A DNA stretch of 64,000 nucleotides from Candidatus Eiseniibacteriota bacterium (GTDB lineage: Bacteria; Orphanbacterota; Orphanbacteria; Orphanbacterales; Orphanbacteraceae): NCBI GenBank assembly GCA_016867715.1, contig VGIW01000003.1:5251-69250 (forward strand). Direction: 5' to 3'. The first letter of the stretch is position 1, and each line of letters starts with the position of its first letter. The notes under the pieces were generated by a model. The model saw only the letters and a list, made by a program, of their open reading frames with translations, did not search any database and had not been told where the DNA came from. Shown here piece after piece: positions 54,315 through 64,000 of the stretch. The position numbers and the translations under genes were made by a program.

Positions 54315-55205
54315 ATGCCGGCGATGCGGTTGAAGGAAGCGATCGCGTTCCAGGGGGTGCGCGCGGCGATCGGCGCCGGGTCGATCCTCCCGCGGTCGGT
54401 CGGCGCGCGTCTTTTCGAAGCGGGCGGGGAGCTCGTGCATCTCTTGGAGCGAAACGGTAGGGAGCGGGCGCGGCGAAACCTGGCGCTCGTCTACGGGAAC
54501 GCAGCGGGAGCGGAGCGAACGGCGCGCCGAGTCTATCGGGATCTTGGGCGAAACGCATACGACCTCGTTCGTCTGGAGAAGCTCGAGGGTGCGGATCTCG
54601 AAGCGCTCGTCGAACCTTCGGGTATGAACCATCTGGAGGGAGCGCTCTCCTCGGGACTCGGGGTGATCGGAGTCGCCGGGCATCTCGGAAATTGGGAGCT
54701 GATGGCGGCGTACCTCGGACGAAGGGGAGTTCGGCTCACCGCGCTCGCGGCGCGTCTCTTCGATCCGCGGCTCGACGCGTGGCTCGTGCGGATGCGCGCG
54801 CGGCACGGGGTGGCGTCGCTCCTCCGTTCGGAGCCCGCGTGTCTCCGGCGCGCGATCCGGGTTCTCAAGGGCGGGGAGATGCTCGGGGTCTTGATGGACC
54901 TTCGTTGCCGGCGGGAGGGGATCGTCACCGAATTCCTCGGGCGGCCGGCCCGAACGGAGATCGGGCCGGTGCGCCTGGCGGCGCGAACGGGTTCCCTCCT
55001 CGTTCCGATGGGCTGTTGGAGGATCGAGGGAGGGCGGTACCGGGTCGCGATCGAGCGACCGATCGAGCCCCCGTCGTCCCGCGCATCGCGGACGGTTCTG
55101 GAGGAGACCGCGACGCAGTGTCTCCGCGTTCTGGAAGGCTTCATTCACGGGGCCCCGACCCAATGGGTCTGGATGCACGACCGATGGACGCTCGAAACAT
55201 CTTGA
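54315..55205 (+). CDS. Lipid A biosynthesis (Kdo)2-lipid IVA acyltransferase family protein (LpxL/HtrB-like)
   Basis: AGHLGNWE is the HX4D-type box; the rest fits the lysophospholipid acyltransferase fold. Confidence 0.7.
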   Translation: MPAMRLKEAIAFQGVRAAIGAGSILPRSVGARLFEAGGELVHLLERNGRERARRNLALVYGNAAGAERTARRVYRDLGRNAYDLVRLEKLEGADLEALVEPSGMNHLEGALSSGLGVIGVAGHLGNWELMAAYLGRRGVRLTALAARLFDPRLDAWLVRMRARHGVASLLRSEPACLRRAIRVLKGGEMLGVLMDLRCRREGIVTEFLGRPARTEIGPVRLAARTGSLLVPMGCWRIEGGRYRVAIERPIEPPSSRASRTVLEETATQCLRVLEGFIHGAPTQWVWMHDRWTLETS

Positions 55206-55738
55206 CCGCGCTTCTCGGGGCGGCGCTTCTCCTCGTTTTTGCGGGGTGCGGGGAGAAGAGCGTCGATCGGCCCGAGGGGACCGAACCCGCTCCTCTCGCG
55301 ACCCAAGAGACGCGCGTCCGAAATTGGGTCGAATACCGGGAAAACCGGAAAAGCTGGGTCTTTCGAGGCGATGTCGTTCGGCTCTTCGAGGAGCCGAAAA
55401 GGGTTGAGTCCGAGGGAGTTGTGGTCGATTTCTATGATAGGGAAGAGATGTACCTCTCCACCCTGACCGCGGAGCGCGGGAGAATCGACCGGAAGACGAC
55501 CGACATGGAGGTCGAGGGGAACGTCATCGTGACGAACCGGGACGGGGCTCGCCTCGAAACCGAGTGGATCCGCTGGGACAACAAAGAAGAGATCATCTAC
55601 ACGGACGCGTTCGTGACGCTCTCCGAAGGAAGGAAGAGGATCACGGGGTACGGGCTCCGAACCGATCCCGGCCTCCAGAACGCCGAGGTCAAGCGCGACG
55701 TCGTCGCGTTCACCGTGGAGGCGCCCGATGAGCGCTGA
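55184..55738 (+). CDS. lptC: LPS export system protein LptC-like (lipoprotein signal, OstA-like beta-jellyroll)
   Basis: LLLVFAGCG lipobox, then about 160 aa with the LptC-like pattern (DMEVEGNVIVTNRDGARLETEW). It lies directly upstream of lptB. Confidence 0.6.
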   Translation: MDARNILTALLGAALLLVFAGCGEKSVDRPEGTEPAPLATQETRVRNWVEYRENRKSWVFRGDVVRLFEEPKRVESEGVVVDFYDREEMYLSTLTAERGRIDRKTTDMEVEGNVIVTNRDGARLETEWIRWDNKEEIIYTDAFVTLSEGRKRITGYGLRTDPGLQNAEVKRDVVAFTVEAPDER

Positions 55739-56480
55739 TCCGCGCGGCCCGAAGGGGTGGAGAAGTCTTCGAACGGACGGGCTCGTCAAGGAGTACAAAG
55801 GGCGGCGCGTGGTCGGAGGCGTCTCGATCGAGGTCGGCCGCGGCGAGGTCGTCGGCCTTCTCGGTCCGAACGGCGCCGGAAAGACCACGACGTTCTACAT
55901 GATCGTCGGCATGATCCGGCCGAACGCCGGGAGGATCTATCTCGACGCGGAGGACGTGACGGCGCGGCCGATGTACCAGCGCGCGCGCATGGGGATCGGT
56001 TACCTTTCGCAGGAGTCGTCCATCTTCCGGAAGCTGACGGTCGAGGAGAACCTGCTCGCGATCCTCGAAACCCTTCCGCTTTCGAAAGCGGAAAGGCGGC
56101 GGAAGGCGGAAGGGCTGATGGAGGAGCTCGGGATCGCGTCGCTCGCGCGCTCGAGGGCGTACACGCTCTCCGGAGGGGAGAGGAGGCGGGCGGAGATCAG
56201 CCGGGCGCTGACGACTGATCCGGCCTTCCTCCTTCTGGACGAGCCGTTCGCGGGGATCGACCCGATCGCGGTTCAGGACGTGCAGGAGATCGTCGCGAGC
56301 CTGAGGGATCGCGGAATCGGCGTCTTGATCACCGATCACAACGTGCGGGAGACCCTCTCGATCACGAATCGCGCATACATTCTCTATGAGGGGAAGGTCC
56401 TCCTTTCGGGGAGCGCGAAGGAGCTTGCGGACAACCCTGAGGCGCGCGAGATCTACCTCGGGGAGAGGTTCCGTCTGTAG
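55728..56480 (+). CDS. lptB: LPS export ABC transporter ATP-binding protein
   Basis: GPNGAGKTTTFYMIVG, LSGGERRRAEI. It immediately precedes rpoN. Confidence 0.9.
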   Translation: MSADPRGPKGWRSLRTDGLVKEYKGRRVVGGVSIEVGRGEVVGLLGPNGAGKTTTFYMIVGMIRPNAGRIYLDAEDVTARPMYQRARMGIGYLSQESSIFRKLTVEENLLAILETLPLSKAERRRKAEGLMEELGIASLARSRAYTLSGGERRRAEISRALTTDPAFLLLDEPFAGIDPIAVQDVQEIVASLRDRGIGVLITDHNVRETLSITNRAYILYEGKVLLSGSAKELADNPEAREIYLGERFRL

Positions 56481-56516
56481 GCCCGTCCCGACGGGGGCGA
56501 AGAAGGAAGACGTGCC

Positions 56517-57974
56517 ATGGAGATGAAAGCGGGTCTCCAGCTTCGAATGCTGCAGACGCAGAAGCTCGTGATGACCCCCCAGCTCCAGCAGGCGCTGCGG
56601 CTTCTGCAGATGCCCACGCTCGAGCTCCAGCTCGTTCTCAAGCAGGAGCTTCTCCAGAACCCGCTGCTCGAGGAGATCGAAGATCTCGTCGAGGAGGAGG
56701 AGGAGTCGCTCGAGCGGGAGGCGGACGCGCGCGACGAGGAGGGGAAGGCTCCGGAGCCCGAGGCGGGGACGGCGCCGGACGGGGACGGGCGCGCCGAGAT
56801 CGACTGGGACGAGTACTTCCACAATCCGCAGGAGTACAGCTACTTTCGGCGGAACGAGGGGGAGTCGAGCGAGGATTACTACGAGCGGGTCCCCTCGACG
56901 ACCGTTCGCCTCTCCGAGCATCTCTTGTCGCAGCTTCGGATCGCGACCGGCGACGACGATCTTCTCCGCATCGGGGAGTTCCTCGTCGGGAGTCTCGACG
57001 AGCGGGGCTACCTCACGATGACCGCGGAGCAGGTGGCGGAGAGCGTGGGCGCCCCGCGGGAGCGCGTGGAGGAAGCCGTCCGTCTCCTTCAGACGCTGGA
57101 TCCCTCGGGCGTGGGAGCGCGCGACCTCCGCGAGTGCCTGCTTCTCCAGCTCCGGCAGAACGGGAAGGAAGGGACGAACGCGTACCGGATCGTCGACGAG
57201 CACTTCGATGCGTTCGTGCAGAACAAGTACCTCGATCTCGCCAAGAGGCTGAAGACTACGCCGCGCGAGATCCAGAACGCGTCCGCCGAGATCGGGAAGC
57301 TGAACCCGCGTCCGGGGATCCTCTACTCGGACGAGGAGCCGCGCTACATCGTGCCGGACCTAGTCGTCGATCGGGTGGATGACGAATACGTGGTCTACCT
57401 GAACGACGTCCACGTGCCGCGCCTCCGCATCTCGAAGGCGTACGAAAACATGCTCGTCTCGCAGGGAGACGCGGCGGAGGGAGAGGCGCGCGAGTTCATT
57501 CGAGAGAAGCTGACCGCGGCCAACCAACTGATCAACACGATCGAGCGTCGCCGCCGCACGATGATCAAGGTGATGAAGGCGATCGTCGAGCACCAGCGCG
57601 AGTTCTTCGACCGCGGCATCCGCTTCCTGAAGCCTCTCACGCTCCAGCAGGTCGCGGAGCAGATCAGCGTGCACGAATCGACGGTGAGCCGCGTCACCTC
57701 GAGCAAGTATGTCCAAACGCCTCGGGGAGTGTACGAGCTCAAGTTCTTCTTCTCCTCGAGCATCCGGTCGGAGTCGGGCGAGGACGCGTCCGCGAAGCGC
57801 GTGAAGGACCGCGTGCGCGAGCTCGTCGAGACCGAGGACCGGAAGAGGCCGCTCAGCGATCAGAAGATCGTCGAGATCCTCAAGAAGGAGGGTCTTCTCA
57901 TCGCGCGCCGAACGGTCGCGAAGTACCGAGAGCAGATGGGGATTCTGGCCGCCCGCTACCGAAAAGAATTCTGA
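56517..57974 (+). CDS. rpoN: RNA polymerase sigma-54 factor
   Basis: Gln/Leu-rich region I (LQQALRLLQMP), and RpoN box ARRTVAKYRE. Confidence 0.95.
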   Translation: MEMKAGLQLRMLQTQKLVMTPQLQQALRLLQMPTLELQLVLKQELLQNPLLEEIEDLVEEEEESLEREADARDEEGKAPEPEAGTAPDGDGRAEIDWDEYFHNPQEYSYFRRNEGESSEDYYERVPSTTVRLSEHLLSQLRIATGDDDLLRIGEFLVGSLDERGYLTMTAEQVAESVGAPRERVEEAVRLLQTLDPSGVGARDLRECLLLQLRQNGKEGTNAYRIVDEHFDAFVQNKYLDLAKRLKTTPREIQNASAEIGKLNPRPGILYSDEEPRYIVPDLVVDRVDDEYVVYLNDVHVPRLRISKAYENMLVSQGDAAEGEAREFIREKLTAANQLINTIERRRRTMIKVMKAIVEHQREFFDRGIRFLKPLTLQQVAEQISVHESTVSRVTSSKYVQTPRGVYELKFFFSSSIRSESGEDASAKRVKDRVRELVETEDRKRPLSDQKIVEILKKEGLLIARRTVAKYREQMGILAARYRKEF

Positions 57975-58004
57975 TCGGGGGATCGTGAGAGGGAAAGGAG
58001 AGCA

Positions 58005-58541
58005 GTGATGCAGGTCTCGATCACGGCCCGCCACTTCGATCTGACGGAAGGGCTTCGGAAGCACGCCGAGGAGAAGCTCGAGCGTCTCTCCAAGTACGGG
58101 CTCCCGCTGCAGGAAGCCCATGTCGTGCTCGCCGTCGAGAAGCACCGGCACAAGGCCGAGGTGACCGTTCACGGGAACGGGTTCCGCCTGACCGGCGCTT
58201 CGGAATCGGACGACATGTACGCGTCCGTCGATCAAGCGGCAGAGAAGCTGGAGACGCAAGTCCAGCGGCGCAAGGGGAAGGTGCTCAGTCGGAAGCAGAA
58301 GGGCCATCGCGGGCCGGCCCCTCGCGTTCAGGTCGTGAGCTCGGAACGATCCGAGGAGGACCAGAGCCTGCGCGTTCTCCGCTCGGATGAGGAGACCGCC
58401 CCTTCCCTCACGGTCGAGGAGGCGATCCGCCGTCTCCGGGAGGCCGAGGAGGATTACGTCCTCTTCACGAATCCGGTGTCCGAGCGGCTGACGGTCGTTC
58501 TTAGGCGGAAGGACGGCGACTACGGCGTGATCGAGGTCTAG
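58005..58541 (+). CDS. hpf: Ribosome hibernation promoting factor (long form)
   Basis: MQVSITARHFDLTEGLRKHAEEKLERL... Confidence 0.9.
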   Translation: MMQVSITARHFDLTEGLRKHAEEKLERLSKYGLPLQEAHVVLAVEKHRHKAEVTVHGNGFRLTGASESDDMYASVDQAAEKLETQVQRRKGKVLSRKQKGHRGPAPRVQVVSSERSEEDQSLRVLRSDEETAPSLTVEEAIRRLREAEEDYVLFTNPVSERLTVVLRRKDGDYGVIEV

Positions 58542-58547
58542 CGGCGG

Positions 58548-59492
58548 ATGCGGGGCATATCCGTTCAACGCTTCTTCGACGAGAAGAAGGACGAGTTCCA
58601 GCTCGAGGCGCTTACCGAGAGCCTCGCGGCGGCGCGCCCGATCACGGTGAGCGATGTCAACCGGCCCGGACTCGCCCTCGCCGGCTTCACGGCGAACTTC
58701 CTCGCCGATCGGATCCAGATCCTGGGTGAGACGGAGATGCTCCTTCTCGAGACGTTCGAGGAGAGAGAGCGAATTCGGGCGATTGATCGTCTGTTCGATC
58801 ACGATCTTCCGTGCGTCATCGTGGCGAAGGGTCTCGTGTTCCCCTCGTATCTCGTCGAGCGAGGGACGCGGGCGGGCGTTCCGATTCTCCGGACCCCGTT
58901 TTCCACCACTCCCTTTATTCATCAACTGACGGAGTACCTCGAGCACCTGTTCGCGCCGCTCACGCACATCCACGGGAGTCTCGTCGATGTCTACGGCGTG
59001 GGTCTCCTCCTCACTGGGGAGAGCGGGATCGGGAAGAGCGAGTGCGCGCTCGATCTCGTCGAGCGGGGGCACCGGCTGGTCGCGGACGATCTCGTGATCG
59101 TGACGCGGCGAAGAAGCGAGCTCGTCGGCGAGGCGAGCGAGCGCCTCCGGGACCACATGGAGATCCGCGGGATCGGGATCATCGATGTCGGCCGGATGTT
59201 CGGGATCCGCGCGGTCGCGCGGCGGAAGGAGATCTCCGTGGAGGTCCGGCTGAAGGAGTGGGCGGGAGACGTCGACTACGACCGTCTGGGCCTCGAGGAG
59301 AAGATGACGACCATTCTCGGGGTGAAGATCCCGGTCGTGACCATTCCCATCATCCCGGGGAAGAACATCACGGTGCTGGTGGAGGTCGTCGCGATGAACC
59401 ACCTGCTGCGCGTGCACGGGATCCGTCCGGCGGAGCTCCTGAACGACAGCCTGATCCACGCGATGAAGCGGCCGGAAGAGGGCCGGCCGTAG
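58548..59492 (+). CDS. hprK: HPr kinase/phosphorylase
   Basis: GVGLLLTGESGIGKSECALDLVERGHRLVADD plus MEIRGIGIIDV. Confidence 0.9.
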   Translation: MRGISVQRFFDEKKDEFQLEALTESLAAARPITVSDVNRPGLALAGFTANFLADRIQILGETEMLLLETFEERERIRAIDRLFDHDLPCVIVAKGLVFPSYLVERGTRAGVPILRTPFSTTPFIHQLTEYLEHLFAPLTHIHGSLVDVYGVGLLLTGESGIGKSECALDLVERGHRLVADDLVIVTRRRSELVGEASERLRDHMEIRGIGIIDVGRMFGIRAVARRKEISVEVRLKEWAGDVDYDRLGLEEKMTTILGVKIPVVTIPIIPGKNITVLVEVVAMNHLLRVHGIRPAELLNDSLIHAMKRPEEGRP

Positions 59493-59524
59493 GCCCGGTG
59501 CGGTTCGCCGAGAGGATGCGCGCG

Positions 59525-59803
59525 ATGACCGAGCAGACGGTGCTCGTCCGGAACAAGCTCGGGATCCACGTGCGGCCGGCGGAGCGGATCGCCCAGACGG
59601 CGAATCGGTTTCTCTCGAAGATCGGGCTAAAGAACGGCGAGTGCCGCGTGAACGCGAAGAGCATCCTCGGGATTCTCGCCCTCGAGGCGGGACTCGGAAC
59701 GGAGATCACGATCGCCGCGGACGGTCCCGATGAGCGAGACGCGGCGGCTGCGATCGCGGCGCTCTTCGAGGCGGGGTTCGGGGAGGAGCTCGGAGAGACG
59801 TGA
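59525..59803 (+). CDS. ptsH: Phosphocarrier protein HPr
   Basis: NKLGIHVRPAERI carries the His15 region and NAKSILGILAL carries the Ser46 region. The start is 59516 or 59525. Confidence 0.85.
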   Translation: MTEQTVLVRNKLGIHVRPAERIAQTANRFLSKIGLKNGECRVNAKSILGILALEAGLGTEITIAADGPDERDAAAAIAALFEAGFGEELGET

Positions 59804-61596
59804 AAGGACGAAGCTCGGCGGGAAGACGGAAGGCGCGGAAGGGCCAGGTGCAGATGCGCGGGCTTCCGGTCTCGCCGGGGATTGCCGTTGGAGAGGTCTT
59901 CGTCCTCGACGCGCGCGACCTTGACATCGAGGAGGTTCGGATCGCCCCCGAGGAGATCGAGAGGGAGGAGAAACGGCTTCTCGAAGCGATCGCGGAGACG
60001 CGCGATGAAGTCCTCAAGATACGGACCCGCTATCGCTCGATCGTCGGCGAGGATCTCGTCCGCGTCTTCGACGCTCAGATTCTGCTCCTCGAGGACGAGG
60101 CCGTTCTCGACGCCGCCCTCGCCGAGATCCGGGAGGAGAGGCGAAGCGCGGCGGCGGCGGCGCACCATGCGTTCGCGCGCGCGATCGAGACCCTGACCCG
60201 CACGGAGAACGAATACCTCCGCGACCGCGCCGAGGACGTGAAGGACGTCCGGCGGCGTCTTCTCCATCATCTCCACGGAGGCCGGCGCCGCTCGTTCGCT
60301 CACATCGACAAGAACGTGATCCTCGTCGCCGACGATCTCACCCCGTCGGAAACCGTGCAGCTTCCGCGCAGCAAGGTGAAAGGGTTCGCGACGCGGCAGG
60401 GGGGACGCACCTCGCATACCGCGATCATGGCCCGATCCCTGCAGATTCCCGCGGTCGTCGGGGTCGAGGAGATACTCGAGGAAGCGGAGCACCGGGATCG
60501 GATCATCGTGGACGGGAGCGAAGGGATCGTCGTTCTCCGTCCCGAAGCCGATCTCCTTCGCGGCGCGAGAAGCCGCCAGCGCCGCTACATGGAAGTCTCG
60601 CGCGAGCGCCTTCGCCTCCGCGATCTCCCTTCGGTCACTCGGGACGGGGTGGAGATCCGCCTCTTCGCCAACGTGGACGTCCCGGAGGAGGTCCCGCTCG
60701 CGATCGAGAACCGCGCGCGCGGGATCGGGCTCTTCCGAACCGAGTTCCTTTACTTTCGCGACGTCGAGATCGCGCGCGAGGAGGCGCAGACCACCGTCTA
60801 TCGCAAGATCCTACGGCGCGTCTCCCCGGATCCGGTCGTCTTCCGAACGCTCGACGTGGGAGGGGACAAGGTCCTCGATCCTCTTTCCGCGCCGATGGAG
60901 CCGAACCCGATGCTCGGCTGGCGCGGGATCCGCATCTCGCTCGAGCTTCGCGATCTCTTCCGGGTGCAGGTGCGCTCCCTTCTGCGCGCCTCGACCGTGG
61001 GGAACCTCTCGATTCTCCTTCCGATGATCTCGACGCTCGACGAGGTGCTCGAGGCGAAGCGTCTGATCGCCGATGCGCGCGAGGAGGTGCGCCTCGAGGG
61101 TGTGCGGCTTCCTGAGAAGATCCGCGTCGGCGCGATGATCGAGACTCCAGGGGCGGTCTTCCTCGCCCCGCACATCGCGCGCGAGGTGGACTTCTTCAGC
61201 ATCGGAACCAACGACCTGATCCAGTACAGCCTTGCGGTCGATCGAGACAACGTGAAGGTGGCCCATTTGTTCGATCCGTTCCATCCGGCGGTGAGCGCTA
61301 TGGTCAAGCTTGTGCTCGATGCGGCGCGCGACGCGGAGATCCCCGTGTCGATCTGCGGGGAGATGGCGGGAGAGCCGCTCTGCGCGATTCTCCTCATCGG
61401 TCTCGGGGCGCGCGAGCTCTCGGTCCACCCGTATCTCATCCTGGAGCTGAAGCGGATCTTCTCTCTGATGGAAACCGGCGAGGCGCGCGCGCTCGCGGAG
61501 GAAGCGCTCCGGATGCCATCGGCCGGGCGCGTGCGGGAGGCGGTGGAACAGTTCCTTCACGACCTGGAGGTTCGAGGCGAAAGGGAGAAGGGATGA
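59800..61596 (+). CDS. ptsI: Phosphoenolpyruvate-protein phosphotransferase (Enzyme I)
   Basis: GGRTSHTAIMARSL and FFSIGTNDLIQY. Confidence 0.9.
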   Translation: MKGRSSAGRRKARKGQVQMRGLPVSPGIAVGEVFVLDARDLDIEEVRIAPEEIEREEKRLLEAIAETRDEVLKIRTRYRSIVGEDLVRVFDAQILLLEDEAVLDAALAEIREERRSAAAAAHHAFARAIETLTRTENEYLRDRAEDVKDVRRRLLHHLHGGRRRSFAHIDKNVILVADDLTPSETVQLPRSKVKGFATRQGGRTSHTAIMARSLQIPAVVGVEEILEEAEHRDRIIVDGSEGIVVLRPEADLLRGARSRQRRYMEVSRERLRLRDLPSVTRDGVEIRLFANVDVPEEVPLAIENRARGIGLFRTEFLYFRDVEIAREEAQTTVYRKILRRVSPDPVVFRTLDVGGDKVLDPLSAPMEPNPMLGWRGIRISLELRDLFRVQVRSLLRASTVGNLSILLPMISTLDEVLEAKRLIADAREEVRLEGVRLPEKIRVGAMIETPGAVFLAPHIAREVDFFSIGTNDLIQYSLAVDRDNVKVAHLFDPFHPAVSAMVKLVLDAARDAEIPVSICGEMAGEPLCAILLIGLGARELSVHPYLILELKRIFSLMETGEARALAEEALRMPSAGRVREAVEQFLHDLEVRGEREKG

Positions 61597-62693
61597 AGGA
61601 TTGGCGGGCTCTCCGAGAGCGCCACGACCGCGCGGACATGTTCGATCGGATCCGCGGTCTTCCGGAACAGATCGAGGACGCGGTCGCGCGGTTCCGCGTG
61701 GAAGGCGCGGAGCCGGAGGGGTCGGACCTCCGCAATGTTCTCCTCCTCGGGATGGGGGGTTCGGCGATCGGCGGCGAGATCGCGGCGGCGCTCCTTCGGC
61801 CGACGGCCGGAATCCCCGTGTGCGTCGTGCGAGGCCCCGAGGTCCCCGCATGGTGCGGTCCCGACACGCTCGCCCTGGCGGCGAGCTACTCCGGAGAGAC
61901 CGAAGAGACGGCGGCGGCGGCGGCGCGCGCGCTCGAGCGGGGAGCGCGGCTCGCGGTCGTCGCGTCGGGGGGGGAACTTCTCGCGCGCGCAGAGGCGCGG
62001 GGCCTGCCGCGCGTTTCGATCCCGTCCGGTTTCCCGCCGCGCGCGGCGATCGGCTACCTCGCCGCTTCGGTCCTCCTCCTTCTCGAGAGGGCGGGGGTCG
62101 GGTCGGAGGATGGGCGCGCGCTCCGGGACGCTGCCAGGCTCCTCGGCGCACAGCGCGACGAATGGAAGCTCGGCGGCGCGCCTTGCGAGAGCGCTCCCGC
62201 CGAGGCCGCGCGCTCTCTCTTCGGGCTTGTTCCGTACGTGTACTACGCGGAGGGGGAGATGGCCCCGGTCGCGGCGCGCTGGTGCGGCCAACTCGCCGAG
62301 AACGCGAAGACGCTCGCGCATCGCGCGGCGTTTCCGGAGGCGAACCACAACGAGATCGTCGGGTGGGAAAGGGCGGACGGGATCCCGCCGATCGGGCTCG
62401 TCCTTCTCACGAGCGAGGCGGATCCGCCGAGCGTCCGGCGGGGAATGGAGGGGGCGCTCCGCATGATGAAGGAAAGCGCGCGGATCGTTCTTTGCCACGT
62501 CCCTCGCGGAGACCGGCCGCTCGCGCGCATCCTCTCCGGAATCTACTTCGGTGATTTCGTGAGCTACTTCCTCGCTCTTCTTCACGGAGTCGATCCCACA
62601 CCGGTTCTCTCGATCGACCGCTTGAAGCTGGAACTCGCGGCGGAGCGCGGAGGGAAACGCGCCGACGGGCGAGACGGGAGGGAGCGGCTGTGA
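61593..62693 (+). CDS. Bifunctional phosphoglucose/phosphomannose isomerase (archaeal-type SIS)
   Basis: Two SIS-like halves, LLLGMGGSAIGG; it fits the PGI/PMI family. Confidence 0.6.
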   Translation: MKDWRALRERHDRADMFDRIRGLPEQIEDAVARFRVEGAEPEGSDLRNVLLLGMGGSAIGGEIAAALLRPTAGIPVCVVRGPEVPAWCGPDTLALAASYSGETEETAAAAARALERGARLAVVASGGELLARAEARGLPRVSIPSGFPPRAAIGYLAASVLLLLERAGVGSEDGRALRDAARLLGAQRDEWKLGGAPCESAPAEAARSLFGLVPYVYYAEGEMAPVAARWCGQLAENAKTLAHRAAFPEANHNEIVGWERADGIPPIGLVLLTSEADPPSVRRGMEGALRMMKESARIVLCHVPRGDRPLARILSGIYFGDFVSYFLALLHGVDPTPVLSIDRLKLELAAERGGKRADGRDGRERL

Positions 62694-63667
62694 AAGCGAT
62701 CATCCCGTTGGCGGGGGCGGGTCGCCGCCTCAAGCCGCAGACGCACACGATGCCGCAGGCTCTCCTCAACGTGGCCGGCAAGCCGATCCTCGGGCACATT
62801 CTGGACGAGCTCCTCGAGGCGGGGGTCGATCACGCGATTCTGGTGGTGGGAAGGCTCGGGGATCCGATCCGGTCGTATGTTACCTCGCGGTATCGCATCC
62901 CGTTCGACTTCGTGGAGCAGAAGGAGAGGAAGGGGATCGGGCACGCGATCTACCTCGCGCGGAACTACGTCGATCCGGACGAACCGGTCCTCATCGTGCT
63001 CGGCGACACGATCTTCAAGGCGGACTTCGAGTCGGTGATCGGCGGCCCGATGAACGCGATCGGCGTGCGCGCGGTCGAGGACCCTTCCCGTTTCGGCGTC
63101 GTCCAACTGAGAGATCAGAGGATCGCGCGGCTCGTCGAGAAGCCCGAATCTCCTGTCTCGAACCTCGCGATCGTCGGGATCTACTACTTCGTCCGATCCG
63201 GAAGGCTCTTCGAAGCGCTCGCCGAGATCGTCGAGGGGGAACGCGAGCCGCGCGGGGAAATCTACTTGACGGAGGCGATCGAGAGGATGATCGAGAAGGG
63301 CGAGCCGATCCGCGCCGTGACCGTGAACGGCTGGTTCGATTGCGGCGAACCCGACTCGCTCCTCCAGACCAATCGGTTTCTTCTCGAGGAAGAAGCCGCG
63401 CGCGTCGAGGTCGAGGGCTCGATCATCATCCCGCCGGTGTACCTCGCATCGTCCGCGAGCGTCGTCCGATCCGTGATCGGCCCCTACGTCACCGTCGGAG
63501 AGGAAGCCGCGATCACCGACTCGATCGTGCGGGACTCGATTGTGAACGAGCACGCGGTGATCGAGAACTGCCTCCTGGATCGGTCGCTCGTCGGTCTCTA
63601 CGCGGTCGTTCGGGGAAAGTTCCAGCGCCTGAACGTCGGCGACTCCTCCGAGGTCGATTCTCGATAG
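62690..63667 (+). CDS. Sugar-phosphate nucleotidyltransferase (NDP-sugar pyrophosphorylase) with a C-terminal left-handed beta-helix
   Basis: [16 protein letters not shown]..., [33 protein letters not shown]. Confidence 0.8.
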   Translation: MKAIIPLAGAGRRLKPQTHTMPQALLNVAGKPILGHILDELLEAGVDHAILVVGRLGDPIRSYVTSRYRIPFDFVEQKERKGIGHAIYLARNYVDPDEPVLIVLGDTIFKADFESVIGGPMNAIGVRAVEDPSRFGVVQLRDQRIARLVEKPESPVSNLAIVGIYYFVRSGRLFEALAEIVEGEREPRGEIYLTEAIERMIEKGEPIRAVTVNGWFDCGEPDSLLQTNRFLLEEEAARVEVEGSIIIPPVYLASSASVVRSVIGPYVTVGEEAAITDSIVRDSIVNEHAVIENCLLDRSLVGLYAVVRGKFQRLNVGDSSEVDSR

Positions 63668-63809
63668 CAGCTTCCGAGCGCGTGCCCGCCGCCGGTTTGC
63701 GCCGTTTCGCCCGAACCGCCGGCGCGTGGTACACTCCCCGGGAGCGCTTCCACCCGAATCGTGGATCCGAAGAGGCGCTTCAGAGATGCCGTCCGAGAGG
63801 AGACGCGGA

Positions 63810-64000
63810 ATGCGAACGGAAACCGATGGAAAGTTCAAGGTGAAAGATCTTTCGCTCGCGGGCGATGGGATGAAGAAGATCGAGTGGGCCGAGTCGCGGA
63901 TGCCGGTTCTCATGCATCTCAGGCGCCGCTACGAAAAGGAGAAGCCGCTGAAGGGGGCCCGCATCGCGGGGTGTCTTCACGTGACGAAGGAGACGGCGGT
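63810..64000 (+). CDS. ahcY: Adenosylhomocysteinase, 3'-truncated at the window edge
   Basis: [63 protein letters not shown] is the canonical AhcY N-terminus. The start coordinate is approximate. Confidence 0.75.
   Translation, partial: MRTETDGKFKVKDLSLAGDGMKKIEWAESRMPVLMHLRRRYEKEKPLKGARIAGCLHVTKETA

Overview
This is a high-GC (about 68-70%) bacterial chromosome segment that is essentially one long co-directional gene array: about 58 convincing genes on the + strand and a single convincing − strand gene at 44347-44790. The phylogenetic hints point to an FCB-group lineage (inference only): a T9SS-type C-terminal sorting domain on a secreted protein, a PorV-like porin, a GWxTD-domain protein, and a Bacteroidetes-style ExbB with an N-terminal extension.

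Housekeeping content, in order: purE (5' partial) and tsaC; a low-molecular-weight Tyr/Arg phosphatase; an in-frame RpiB–serine hydroxymethyltransferase fusion; nrdR, tatC, suhB; a fused polyprenol-kinase-like/DUF92 membrane protein; HU, tmk, rpoZ and a ROK kinase; meaB with a split methylmalonyl-CoA mutase (catalytic and B12-binding subunits); thiolase, Hbd and Acd; uvrA; the glycine cleavage genes gcvT-H-PA-PB; two Opp/Dpp-type ABC ATPases with no permease or binding protein in the window; a TonB-dependent receptor / T9SS cargo / PorV / GWxTD / ExbB-ExbD-ExbD-TonB locus; TolC followed by another ABC ATPase with no permease in the window; NlpC/P60, bamD, nadD, RNase G, rplU and rpmA; the Kdo/LPS genes kdsB, pyrG, kdsA, kdsD, an lpxL-like acyltransferase, lptC and lptB; rpoN-hpf-hprK-ptsH-ptsI; a bifunctional PGI/PMI; an NDP-sugar pyrophosphorylase; and ahcY (3' partial).

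The main finding is a lower-GC insertion of about 3.9 kb (1014-4922) that splits the otherwise conserved tsaC–ywlE(LMW-PTP)–rpiB–glyA neighbourhood. It carries an intact TIR-domain protein with a ~320-aa C-terminal domain I cannot assign, an intact stand-alone GIY-YIG nuclease, a frameshifted and internally deleted nucleotidyltransferase-like pseudogene, and a small ORF interrupted by a 264-bp element bounded by 23-bp inverted repeats. This looks like a decaying defence-type island, and the TIR protein is a candidate undescribed effector.

Other signals:
- Overlapping sigma-54 (TGGCAC-N5-TTGC) and sigma-70 (TTGACA-N17-TATGGT) promoter motifs ahead of lpxL-lptC-lptB-rpoN.
- A 19-nt inverted repeat between the two mutase subunit genes, with the motif CTGATACCCT present three times.
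- A perfect 19-bp palindrome upstream of rpiB-glyA.
- Many near-consensus TTGACA-N17/18 promoters.
- An intrinsic terminator that forces the kdsB start to be called downstream of the six-frame ORF start.

Coordinates of short motifs are anchored to the supplied ORF track and may be off by one or two nucleotides.
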